Below are positions 1-7,599 of a DNA stretch of 26,156 nucleotides, piece by piece. How positions within the stretch are numbered: the stretch's first letter is position 1; each line of letters starts with the position of its first letter. Source of the stretch: Actinomycetales bacterium. GTDB lineage: Bacteria; Actinomycetota; Actinomycetes; S36-B12. Both the position numbers and the translations under genes were made by a program. The stretch is from NCBI GenBank assembly GCA_017849335.1, contig JAFIHP010000423.1:1-26156 (forward strand). Direction: 5' to 3'. The notes under the pieces were generated by a model, which did not search any database, was not told the DNA's origin, and saw only the letters and a program-made list of their open reading frames with translations.

Positions 1-537
1 AGAGCTGCTCGACGACGCGGACGAGCTGGACGAGCCGGAGTTCGCCGGCTTCCGCCCGCTCGATCCGGACGAGCCCTTGTGCCCGCCACCGGATCCGGCG
101 TTGTGCGAGGACGAGCCGGCCGAGGACGTTCCGGCCGACGTCCCGCTCCAGGACGAGGTGGATCCGGTGGATCCGGTCGACCCGCTCGCGCCGACCTGAG
201 CGGCGAGCCGCTCGAGGCGATGAGCGATCCGGACCAGCTTCTTGTGGTACCGGTCCAGCCGGTCGCTCTCGGCGGCCAGTGCCGCGGCGTACGCGTCCAG
301 CCGCGCGCGTTCGGTCGTCGCCGCGGACGCGCCCGCTGTCGTCGCCGCCGTCAGGTCGACCTGGACGTCGCCGGCCGGTGCGGCTGCTGGCGCGTCGTTC
401 GTGGCCGCGTTCGCCTCGACGGTTCGCACGCCGACGAGGCCGGCGGTGGCGAAGCACGCCGCGGTGGCCAGGCCGGCCGTGACGATCTTCTGCGCTGGCG
501 AGGAACCGCGGGCCGGCTTGCGCGTCGGGCTAGTCAT
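1..537 (-). CDS. Secreted or membrane-anchored Ser/Gly-rich hypothetical protein, last visible gene of the apbE operon; 3' end runs off the window
   Basis: Not in the ORF track (no stop inside the window). I translated it by hand from the ATG at 537-535, which overlaps the upstream stop (ATGACTAG): MTSPTRKPARGSSPAQKIVTAGLATAACFATAGLVGVRTVEANA...ERARLDAYAAALAAESDRLDRYHKKLVRIAHRLERLAAQVGASGSTGSTGSTSSWSGTS... It has an N-terminal hydrophobic segment with an AxA motif, a helical segment and a Ser/Gly tail, and is open to position 1. Confidence 0.8.
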   Translation of the reverse strand, partial: MTSPTRKPARGSSPAQKIVTAGLATAACFATAGLVGVRTVEANAATNDAPAAAPAGDVQVDLTAATTAGASAATTERARLDAYAAALAAESDRLDRYHKKLVRIAHRLERLAAQVGASGSTGSTGSTSSWSGTSAGTSSAGSSSHNAGSGGGHKGSSGSSGRKPANSGSSSSSASSSSS

Positions 538-1303
538 CGTCGCCGCCGTGGTCGTCGTCATCGTGCTTGCCGCCGTGGTCGTCGGAACCCGACCCGGAGT
601 TCGACCCGGAGCCCGAGCTCGACCCCGAGGATCCCTGCGTCGGCTTGGGGGCCTCCTGGTCGACCTTCCAGTCGAAGATCACGCCGGACACCCGGTCGAC
701 GTACCCGGTGACGATCGAACCGTCGTGACGCAGGACCTGCACGGCCCAGGCGTCGTACCCGCCGTGCGACTCCGGCGAGACGGAGCGGGTGACACCGCCG
801 CCGGTCGCGGTGAGCACGGCGTCGCGGGCCTGGTCGCCTGTGACGGTCGGGGCCTGGGTCGTCGAGCTCGATGAGGGCGTCGACGATGCTGAGGATGCAG
901 ACGACGAGGGCTTGGGTCGGTGGGTCGCGGAGGGCTTCGGCTTCGGCTTCGACGACGTCTGCGCGGGCTGCGGGCTCGCCGTGGCGGCTCCCGCGCCGGT
1001 CCGGCTCGCGGTCCGGCTCGGAGTGGCGGGCACGGATGGCAGCTCGGGCAGCTCGTGCGGGGTCACGGTCGGCACGGAGCGCTCCGTCGACGCGGCGATC
1101 GACACCGCATCGGACGGCTCGCCGGTGATGACCGGCGGCGCCGGGGTGAACGTCGACGACGTGAGGGGGGCGACCAGGGCGACGGTCGTCGGCTGGGCGG
1201 CGTTGCTCGCCGCCGCGTTGATCACGGCGACCGTGGCGACGGAGGCGGCGATGAGGACCCCGCTGCCGGCCACGACGGTGGCGATGATGCTCGAACGTTC
1301 CAC
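530..1303 (-). CDS. PepSY-like domain protein with N-terminal hydrophobic anchor, Pro/Ser/Thr linker and His/Asp-rich C-terminal tail
   Basis: GTG start preceded by GGAGG. The segment VTGDQARDAVLTATGGGVTRSVSPESHGGYDAWAVQVLRHDGSIVTGYVDRVSGVIFDW fits the PepSY pattern. C-terminus is DDHGGKHDDDDHGGDDD. Confidence 0.75.
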   Translation of the reverse strand: MERSSIIATVVAGSGVLIAASVATVAVINAAASNAAQPTTVALVAPLTSSTFTPAPPVITGEPSDAVSIAASTERSVPTVTPHELPELPSVPATPSRTASRTGAGAATASPQPAQTSSKPKPKPSATHRPKPSSSASSASSTPSSSSTTQAPTVTGDQARDAVLTATGGGVTRSVSPESHGGYDAWAVQVLRHDGSIVTGYVDRVSGVIFDWKVDQEAPKPTQGSSGSSSGSGSNSGSGSDDHGGKHDDDDHGGDDD

Positions 1304-2022
1304 GGTGTCCTCCGATGAGTCAGGTCCGCGTCCAGCGGTTCCGACAGATGAGACGGTACGGGCTGATGGGGAAGGGCCTCGCCAGGAACGGGTTGGGCGG
1401 AGGTAAGGCCTGTGGGAACCTCGACGGCGCCCGCTGCGGCCGTTGCTGGTGCGGCCGGTGCGGGCCGGCTGCGGCGTTCAGGACGCGGCGGCGGGACGAA
1501 CCCACGGGCGAGCAGCGTGACGACGACGAGAGCGACCCCGGCCACGAGGACGGCCAACGACCAGGCGGCGAGAGCGTCGGTTCCGGCAAGGACGTAGTGA
1601 GCGGTCGCGAACGGCCACGCGGCGTATGCCAGCAGGTGCGACCGCTTGAACCACGTGTTGCCTGCCTTGCCGAGACGCGTGCGGATGCGCCCGACGACAG
1701 ACACCGGGACGAGCAGCCAGAGCGCGATCGTGCCCAGCGCGACGGCCGTGGTGCTCCACGGGGCGAGGCCCGGGACGAGGATCTGCGTCACGGTGAAGTG
1801 CACGGACGGGTCGACGAGCAGCAGCCCGAGGTGGATGCCGAGGAAGACCAGGGCCACGGCACCGAGCCAGCGGTGCAGCTCGAGCAGCCGCACCGGTGCG
1901 GCGAGTCGTCCGAGCAGCCGCGACCGGAGCAGGAGCCCCCACACGACGACGGCGGTGAGCAGTCCCCAGGTGGTGATGCCGGACGCGCGGATGCCGAGCC
2001 AGGTCCACGGGATGTCAGCCAT
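1222..2022 (-). CDS. Ferric reductase-like (MsrQ-type) di-haem transmembrane protein; C-terminal ~60 aa doubtful
   Basis: About five hydrophobic segments and four spaced His (LELHRW, GIHLG, RSHLL, TAHYV) typical of b-haem ligation. The ATG overlaps the apbE stop (ATGGCTGA). The ORF overlaps the next gene by 82 nt. Confidence 0.85.
   Translation of the reverse strand: MADIPWTWLGIRASGITTWGLLTAVVVWGLLLRSRLLGRLAAPVRLLELHRWLGAVALVFLGIHLGLLLVDPSVHFTVTQILVPGLAPWSTTAVALGTIALWLLVPVSVVGRIRTRLGKAGNTWFKRSHLLAYAAWPFATAHYVLAGTDALAAWSLAVLVAGVALVVVTLLARGFVPPPRPERRSRPAPAAPATAAAGAVEVPTGLTSAQPVPGEALPHQPVPSHLSEPLDADLTHRRTPWNVRASSPPSWPAAGSSSPPPSPRSP
1353..1407 (-). promoter_or_regulatory. Putative internal response-regulator-dependent promoter for the PepSY gene
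   Basis: Minus strand reads CTTACCT-N4-CCAACCC (1407-1390), 31 nt, then TACCGT (1358-1353). Same layout as 3048-2994. Confidence 0.6.
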
Positions 2023-2959
2023 GCGACGCCTCCAGCAGGTCGAGTCGGGTCGGATCGGTCAGGACGATGCCCCGGGCGTCTTGACGGGCCAGCCAGTCGG
2101 GCGCGTCGTGCGCGGGAAGCAGGAGGGCCGCGGTCGCGAGGACCTCCGCCCGGCAGGCGGTCTCGGCGATGACGGTGACCTGGGCGGTAGCCCCGACGCT
2201 GGGCAGCCCGGTGCGGGGGTCAATGACATGGTGGCGGCGGCCCTGCGCCCACCGCCTCTTCAGCGTGGTCGAGGTCGCGATGCCGACTCGATCGACGTCC
2301 GCGGGGAGGCGGATGGTCTCCAGCACGCGCAGCGGGTCGTCCGTCGTACGACGCTCGTCCTCGACGTCGATGGCCCACGGCTCGTCCGTGTGTCCGACGA
2401 TGGACAGATCGCCGCCGAGGTTGACCAGCGCACCGGTCGCCCCCGCGCCACGCAGCTCGGTGGCGACGAGGTCGGCGGCCAGGCCCTTGCCGATCGCCCC
2501 AGGGTCGAGGTTCACCCCGTCGGGCACGGACACGGTCGAGCTGCGGCGGTCGACGGTGACGCCGGCCATGCCCGGGACGCCGACGAGGGCGATGTCGTGC
2601 CATGACGACGCGGGGCGCGCAGCGACGACGTCGAAGTCGGCGTCGTAGCCCGCCGCGCGCATCGCCGGCAGGACGGTCGGGTCGAAGAGCCCGTCCGTCG
2701 CGCGCCAGGCGTCGCGCATCTGCTCGACGAGCATCAGCAGATCGGCGGAGACGGGGACCGGCCCGCGCCCGCTGCGGGCGTTGAGCCGGGACAGCTCGCT
2801 GTCCGGGCGGAACCGGCTCCAGCTCTGCTCGAGCAGTTCCACGCGCTCTTGGGCAAGCTGCGCGAGCTCCGCGGCGGCCAACGTCGGTGCGTCCACGAGC
2901 ACGTGGCACTGCGTGCCCATCGCGCGGAATCGGAGCTCGTGGCCGGTGGTTCGCATCAC
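2015..2959 (-). CDS. apbE: FAD:protein FMN transferase (ApbE family)
   Basis: Motifs FRAMGT, WSRFRPDSELSRLN, TDGLFDPT, DPGAIGKG, VNLGGDL, ATSTT..RRW, HHVIDPRTG. Real start is GTG 2959 or ATG 2956 after GAGGGGA; the ORF-track start at 3682 is an over-extension through the antisense of the response regulator. No signal peptide visible. Confidence 0.92.
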   Translation of the reverse strand: MMRTTGHELRFRAMGTQCHVLVDAPTLAAAELAQLAQERVELLEQSWSRFRPDSELSRLNARSGRGPVPVSADLLMLVEQMRDAWRATDGLFDPTVLPAMRAAGYDADFDVVAARPASSWHDIALVGVPGMAGVTVDRRSSTVSVPDGVNLDPGAIGKGLAADLVATELRGAGATGALVNLGGDLSIVGHTDEPWAIDVEDERRTTDDPLRVLETIRLPADVDRVGIATSTTLKRRWAQGRRHHVIDPRTGLPSVGATAQVTVIAETACRAEVLATAALLLPAHDAPDWLARQDARGIVLTDPTRLDLLEASHG

Positions 2960-2993
2960 GGTCCCCTCGGCTGGTCCGGTCGTCAGTACCCCG

Positions 2994-3048
2994 ACGGTAG
3001 GAGGCCGAAGGCGAGGGCTCGCTGTGATCCAGGTTAGGTGCAGGTAAG
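2994..3048 (-). promoter_or_regulatory. Putative OmpR/PhoB-type direct-repeat box plus -10 element for the apbE operon
   Basis: Minus strand reads CTTACCT-N4-CTAACCT (11-bp period, 3048-3031), 31 nt, then TACCGT (2999-2994). It lies in the divergent region between apbE and the response regulator. Confidence 0.65.
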
Positions 3049-3118
3049 CCCTGCATCCGGCCCGATTCGCGCACGTCGCCAGCGGGAGTGCGGACGTCGT
3101 GCGTGCGACGATGGCGCC

Positions 3119-3772
3119 ATGCGAGTCCTGGTCGTCGAGGACGACTCCGCCGTGGCCGAGCCGTTGCTCGCCGGTCTGGTGCGCAACGGCATCGAGGTCG
3201 AGCACGTCATGCTCGCCGCGCAGGTCCTGGCCGCCGCTCCGGGCGTCGACGTCGTCATCCTCGACCTCGGCCTGCCGGACGACGACGGACTGTCCGTGCT
3301 GCGCGAGCTGCGGCGGATCTCCGACGTGCCGGTCATCATCGCGACAGCGCGCGGCGACGAGACCGACCGGATCGTCGGCCTGGAGCTCGGTGCCGACGAC
3401 TACGTGGTCAAGCCGTTCTCCGTGCGGGAGCTCGCCGCGCGCGTGCGTGCCGTCGCGCGTCGGCGACGGGTCGACACGACGCTCGAGAGCGGTCGGATCC
3501 AGGTCGACCGTGGCCGGCATCGCGCACTGCTCGACGGAGTACCGGTCGAGCTCACGGCCAAGGAGTTCGACCTGCTCGCGGTGCTCGCCGAGGAGCCCGG
3601 TCGCGTGGTTCCACGCCAGGAGCTGTTCTCGCGGGTGTGGGACCCGGTCTGGGTGGGCACCGGCAAGACCTTGGACGTCCACGTCGCATCACTGCGGCGA
3701 AAGCTCGGCGACGCCACGGTGATCGAGACCGTCCGGGGCGTCGGCTACCGCCTCGCCACGGGCGACGAGTGA
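3119..3772 (+). CDS. OmpR-family response regulator
   Basis: MRVLVVEDD receiver start, LDLGLPD phospho-Asp, ATARG, GADDYVVKPF, and a winged-helix C-terminus (LTAKEFDLL, LDVHVASLRRKLG, IETVRGVGYRL). Start taken as ATG 3119. Confidence 0.95.
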   Translation: MRVLVVEDDSAVAEPLLAGLVRNGIEVEHVMLAAQVLAAAPGVDVVILDLGLPDDDGLSVLRELRRISDVPVIIATARGDETDRIVGLELGADDYVVKPFSVRELAARVRAVARRRRVDTTLESGRIQVDRGRHRALLDGVPVELTAKEFDLLAVLAEEPGRVVPRQELFSRVWDPVWVGTGKTLDVHVASLRRKLGDATVIETVRGVGYRLATGDE

Positions 3773-5139
3773 CTCGTCGGCTCGTCCTTGCCATGGCGCT
3801 GCTCGTCGCCGTGGTCGCTGCGGCACTGGCGGTGCCGCTGACCATCGTCGTGTCGAACGACCAGCGGGCGGCGTTCGTCTCGGGACTGCAGATCGACACC
3901 CTCACGACCGCGGCGACGTTGGCGTCGCAGCCCAGGATCGACTGGGGGAAGACGGTGGCGGCGGTCGCGCAGGCGACGGGTGCTCGCGTCGTCGTGGTCG
4001 ACGCCGGCCGCAACCTCGTCGCCGACAGCGACAACTCCTCGCTCGATCGCTCCTTCGACCGCCCGGAGGTGCAGGCGGCCCTGGCCGGTTCGCTCACGTC
4101 CGACGTCCGTCCGTCGGTGACCTTGGGCGAGCAGCTGCGCTACGTGGCGGCGCCGGTCGTCCAGAACTACGACGTGGTCGCCGCCGTCCGACTGTCGCTG
4201 CCGGAGTCGATCGTGACCGAGCAGGTCCAGCGGACCGCACGCTGGCTGGCGGTGTTCGTCGTCACCGTCGTGATCGCAGCGGCGCTCGTGGCATGGCTGC
4301 TGGCCCGGTCGATCGCCTCGCCGTTGCGCCGGCTCGCGGCAGTCGCCCACGAGCTGCCGGACGACCTCGACCGCCGGGTGGACGAGACGAGCGGGCCGGT
4401 GGAGGTCCGCTCGGTGGCGCACGCCCTGAACTCGACGGCGACGCGGCTGTCCGGCCTCATCCGGCGCACGCAGCGCGTCGCGGCCGACGCGTCGCACCAC
4501 CTGCGTACGCCGTTGACCGGAGTCCGCCTGCGGCTCGAGGCGATCGAGGACCTGTCGGACCAGGCCGAGGTCCAGGCGGAGGCCCAGGCGGCGACGCACG
4601 AGGTCGACCGGCTCGCCCGGCGTATCGAGCAGGTGCTCGCCCTGGCACGCAGCGATGCGGGGACCGCGCACTTCTCGCCGCAGGCGATGTCGCAGGTGGT
4701 CGGTGACCGTGCGGAGGCGGCGGCCGGGATGTTCGCCGAGCGCGGGATCGACCTCGAGACGGAGCTCGAGCCCGGCGTGTTCGTGTCCGCACCCGTCGGG
4801 GTGATCGCGCAGGTCACCGACGAGCTGCTGGGGAACGCGTTGCAGTACGCGCGCTCGCGGGTCCTGGTGTCGCTGGACGTCACCGCCCGCACGGCCGTGC
4901 TGCTGGTGGAGGACGACGGACCCGGCCTGCCGGCCGAGGACCGCGAGGCGGTCTTCGAGCGGTTCCGGCGTGGGAGCACCGCCGCCCCCGGCGGAAGCGG
5001 GCTGGGCCTGGCACTCGTCCGCGAGTCCGTCGCCGGCATCGGTGGCCGGGCGACGGCGACGGCGTCGCGCTGGGATGGCTTCGCGGTGCAGGTGACGGTG
5101 CCGTGCGCCGACACGCCCGTCGCCTCCGGCGACCACTAG
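3769..5139 (+). CDS. HAMP-domain sensor histidine kinase
   Basis: The GTG overlaps the regulator stop (GTGA). Two TM segments, HAMP, H-box ASHHLRTPLT, N-box LLGNALQYA, G1 EDDGPG, F-box FERFRRG, G2 GGSGLGLALV. Confidence 0.95.
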   Translation: MTRRLVLAMALLVAVVAAALAVPLTIVVSNDQRAAFVSGLQIDTLTTAATLASQPRIDWGKTVAAVAQATGARVVVVDAGRNLVADSDNSSLDRSFDRPEVQAALAGSLTSDVRPSVTLGEQLRYVAAPVVQNYDVVAAVRLSLPESIVTEQVQRTARWLAVFVVTVVIAAALVAWLLARSIASPLRRLAAVAHELPDDLDRRVDETSGPVEVRSVAHALNSTATRLSGLIRRTQRVAADASHHLRTPLTGVRLRLEAIEDLSDQAEVQAEAQAATHEVDRLARRIEQVLALARSDAGTAHFSPQAMSQVVGDRAEAAAGMFAERGIDLETELEPGVFVSAPVGVIAQVTDELLGNALQYARSRVLVSLDVTARTAVLLVEDDGPGLPAEDREAVFERFRRGSTAAPGGSGLGLALVRESVAGIGGRATATASRWDGFAVQVTVPCADTPVASGDH

Positions 5140-5780
5140 GCGGGAAGCAGCGTCCCCATGCCGGTGTAGGCGCGCGACCACCACGAGCCCGAGATCGGGC
5201 TGATCCGGACGCCCTCGCCGTACCCGGCGGCGTCGATCATCTTCCCGCCGCCGATGTAGATGCCGACGTGGTGGGCACCGCCGCGCAGGAAGAACACCAG
5301 GTCTCCGGGCTTGGCCGCGGACTTCGAGATCTTCTTGGTCCGGGCGTACTGCGCGCCCGAGTAGTGCGGGAGCTGCTTGCCGGTCACGACCCGGTACACG
5401 TAACGGACCAGCCCGGAGCCGTCGAACGACGAGGGCCCGGACGAGCCGGCGCGGGAGCGGTCGCCGATCTGCTTGCGGGCCACCTGGACGATGTGGAAGC
5501 GGACGGCCTGATGCTTCGCGGCCACGGAGACACGTCGGGCGGCGGCGATCTCGCGCGGCACCTCGGCGGTCGCGGCGGTGACCAGGCGGGCCCGGTAGGC
5601 GGCGTGCGCGGACTGGCGGGCGGCGGCGATGGCGCTGCTGGATGCCGCGGCGGCCACGGATCCGGACGCCTGCGCCGGAGCCGGGGCGAGGGTGACAACG
5701 AGGGCGGTGACGATGCCGCCGACGAGGACGGCGAGAAGCAGGGCGAGACTGCGTGGGCGCGCGGCGATGCGCAACGGCAC
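5136..5780 (-). CDS. NlpC/P60 (C40) family secreted protein; catalytic Cys replaced by Gly
   Basis: Signal peptide with AQA. Motifs GPSSFDGSGLVRYVY (canonical FDCSGL), LPHYSGAQY, PGDLVFF, HHVGIYIGGGKMIDA. RBS GAAGGA before the GTG. Confidence 0.9.
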   Translation of the reverse strand: MPLRIAARPRSLALLLAVLVGGIVTALVVTLAPAPAQASGSVAAAASSSAIAAARQSAHAAYRARLVTAATAEVPREIAAARRVSVAAKHQAVRFHIVQVARKQIGDRSRAGSSGPSSFDGSGLVRYVYRVVTGKQLPHYSGAQYARTKKISKSAAKPGDLVFFLRGGAHHVGIYIGGGKMIDAAGYGEGVRISPISGSWWSRAYTGMGTLLPA

Positions 5781-5790
5781 TCCTTCGTCG

Positions 5791-5953
5791 GCTGCTTCCC
5801 AGGTGAGCTGACGGGCTCGGGCGCGACGGTGCCCTACCGTCGGCCGGCGGGCCGGTCGACGGATTCGCCCCGTGGGTCGCGGTGTGCGACCCGGTGGGTC
5901 CCCGGTACCGACCGTTCGTCGAGGGGTGACGGCGGGCCGGACTCAGCAGGTCG
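5791..5953 (-). ncRNA. c-di-AMP riboswitch (ydaO/yuaA family) in the leader of the NlpC/P60 gene
   Basis: Minus strand carries the family's conserved blocks in order: GCTGAGTCC...TACCGGGGACCCAC...GGGGCGAATCC...GTAGGGCACC...GCCCGAGCCCGTCAGCTCACCTGGGAAGC. Location upstream of a cell-wall hydrolase gene is typical for Actinobacteria. Ends are approximate. Confidence 0.9.
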
Positions 5954-6063
5954 TGCGGCCCGCGACCGGTTGTCGCGTCGTGACCGACGGCTCGGTGACG
6001 CTAAGTCGCGGTCGGCTGAGATCGTGCTGGGAAACCGGTAATCGGACGGGCACGCGGAGAGGC

Positions 6064-6079
6064 TGTGACGCGCGTCATA
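6064..6079. promoter_or_regulatory. Putative CRP/GlxR-type binding site
   Basis: TGTGA-CGCGCG-TCATA, one mismatch from TGTGA-N6-TCACA, in the divergent region between NlpC/P60 and trpB2. Confidence 0.45.
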
Positions 6080-6089
6080 CCTCTCAGAC

Positions 6090-6114
6090 GTCACATCTGT
6101 CACATCTGTCACAC
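6090..6114 (+). repeat. 9-bp tandem direct repeat GTCACATCT x2 plus GTCACAC; possible regulator (MtrA-like) site
   Basis: Direct reading of 6090-6114. The repeat is certain; its function is inferred. Confidence 0.6.
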
Positions 6115-6211
6115 GGTTGGAGGCAAGGCCGCATTCCGGTCGCATTCGGATCGCAGCGGCGGGACGCGGTCGCTACCGTCCGGGGAACGGGGCCGACCAG
6201 GAAAGGCAGCG

Positions 6212-7582
6212 ATGGACGACAGCGTTCGGCAGCACAAGTACGTCTTGGCCGAGGACCAGATGCCGACGACCTGGTACAACCTGGTGCCCGACCTGCCCGC
6301 GCCGCCCCCGCCGCCGCTGCACCCCGGTCGGATGGACCCGGTCGGGCCCGACGACCTCGCGCCGCTGTTCCCGATGGACCTGATCCTGCAGGAGGTCACC
6401 GGCGACCGGTACGTCGACATCCCCGGCGGCGTGCTCGACGTCTACCGGCAGTGGCGGCCGTCGCCCTTGTTCCGGGCGCACCGCCTGGAGAAGGCCCTGG
6501 GCACCCCGGCGCGCATCTACTACAAGTACGAGGGCGTCTCGCCGGCCGGCTCGCACAAGACCAACACGTCCGTGCCGCAGGCGTACTACAACGCCAAGGA
6601 CGGCACGACGCGCCTGACCACGGAGACCGGCGCCGGTCAGTGGGGCACCGCGCTCGCGTTCGCCTGCGCGCTGTACGGCATCGAGTGCGAGGTGTGGCAG
6701 GTCGGCGCCTCATACGACTCCAAGCCCTACCGCCGGCTGATGATCGAGACCTTCGGCGCGACCGTCCACCGCTCGCCGTCCGACCTCACCGACGTGGGTC
6801 GGCAGTTGGCGGCGGATCCGGCCAACTGGTCGGGGTCGCTGGGGATCGCCATCTCCGAGGCGGTCGAGGTCGCGGCCAAGGACCCGAAGACGCGGTACTC
6901 GCTGGGCTCGGTGCTCAACCACGTGCTGCTGCACCAGACGATCATCGGCGAGGAGGCCCTGCTCCAGCTCGAGCTCGCGGGTGACACCCCGACGCTGATC
7001 GTCGGCTGCACGGGGGGTGGATCGAACTTCGCCGGCCTGTCGTTCCCGTTCCTGCGGGAGAAGCTGGCGGGCAAGATCGCGCCGCAGATCCTCGCCGTCG
7101 AGCCGGAGTCCTGCCCGTCGCTGACGAAGGGCGTGTACTCCTACGACTTCGGCGACACCGCCGGCATGACGCCGCTGATGAAGATGCACACGCTGGGCCA
7201 CGACTTCATCCCGGACCCGATCCACGCCGGCGGACTTCGCTATCACGGGATGGCTCCGCTGATCTCGCACGTGAAGGAGCTCGGCCTGCTCGACGCGGTC
7301 GCGGTCCCGCAGTCGGAGTGCTTCGCTGCGGCGGTCCAGTTCGCCCGCACCGAGGGGATCGTGCCGGCACCGGAGTCGTCGCACGCGCTGGCCATCGCGG
7401 TCCGGCAGGCGCTCGCCGCCAAGGAGACCGGCGAGGAGACGGTCGTCCTCACCGCCCTGTCCGGCCACGGGCACTTCGACCTCGCGGCCTACGACGCGTA
7501 CCTGTCGGGGACGCTCGTCGACGAGGCCGTCCGGGGCGACCGGTTCGACGAGTCGCTCGCGGCGCTGCCGACCGTCGGGTAG
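6212..7582 (+). CDS. trpB2: TrpB-like pyridoxal-phosphate enzyme (TrpB2, stand-alone tryptophan synthase beta type 2)
   Basis: RBS GAAAGG then ATG 6212. Motifs WYNL, RPSPLFRAHRLEKALGTPARIYYKYEG, GSHK.NT PLP lysine, TETGAGQWG, YSLGSVLNHV, GGGSNFAG, HAGGLRYHG, PAPESSHA, LSGHG. No other trp genes are adjacent. Confidence 0.95.
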   Translation: MDDSVRQHKYVLAEDQMPTTWYNLVPDLPAPPPPPLHPGRMDPVGPDDLAPLFPMDLILQEVTGDRYVDIPGGVLDVYRQWRPSPLFRAHRLEKALGTPARIYYKYEGVSPAGSHKTNTSVPQAYYNAKDGTTRLTTETGAGQWGTALAFACALYGIECEVWQVGASYDSKPYRRLMIETFGATVHRSPSDLTDVGRQLAADPANWSGSLGIAISEAVEVAAKDPKTRYSLGSVLNHVLLHQTIIGEEALLQLELAGDTPTLIVGCTGGGSNFAGLSFPFLREKLAGKIAPQILAVEPESCPSLTKGVYSYDFGDTAGMTPLMKMHTLGHDFIPDPIHAGGLRYHGMAPLISHVKELGLLDAVAVPQSECFAAAVQFARTEGIVPAPESSHALAIAVRQALAAKETGEETVVLTALSGHGHFDLAAYDAYLSGTLVDEAVRGDRFDESLAALPTVG

Positions 7583-7599
7583 CCCGGCGACCGGACCCG

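Noticed and set aside
560-640. Short repeats such as CGACCCGGAG, and GGATCCGGT repeats near 160-180
   Set aside because: They simply encode Ser/Gly linkers inside the proteins.
2960-3682. Long N-terminal extension of ApbE in the ORF track (555 aa)
   Set aside because: It is the antisense of the response regulator. ApbE motifs and an RBS begin at 2959/2956.
3088-3768. Apparent 683-aa kinase or regulator-kinase fusion
   Set aside because: The upstream part is an Arg-rich off-frame reading of the regulator. The kinase starts at GTG 3769, overlapping the regulator stop.
6115-6211. Trp attenuator leader peptide upstream of trpB2
   Set aside because: No short ORF with tandem Trp codons and no terminator/antiterminator pair is visible.
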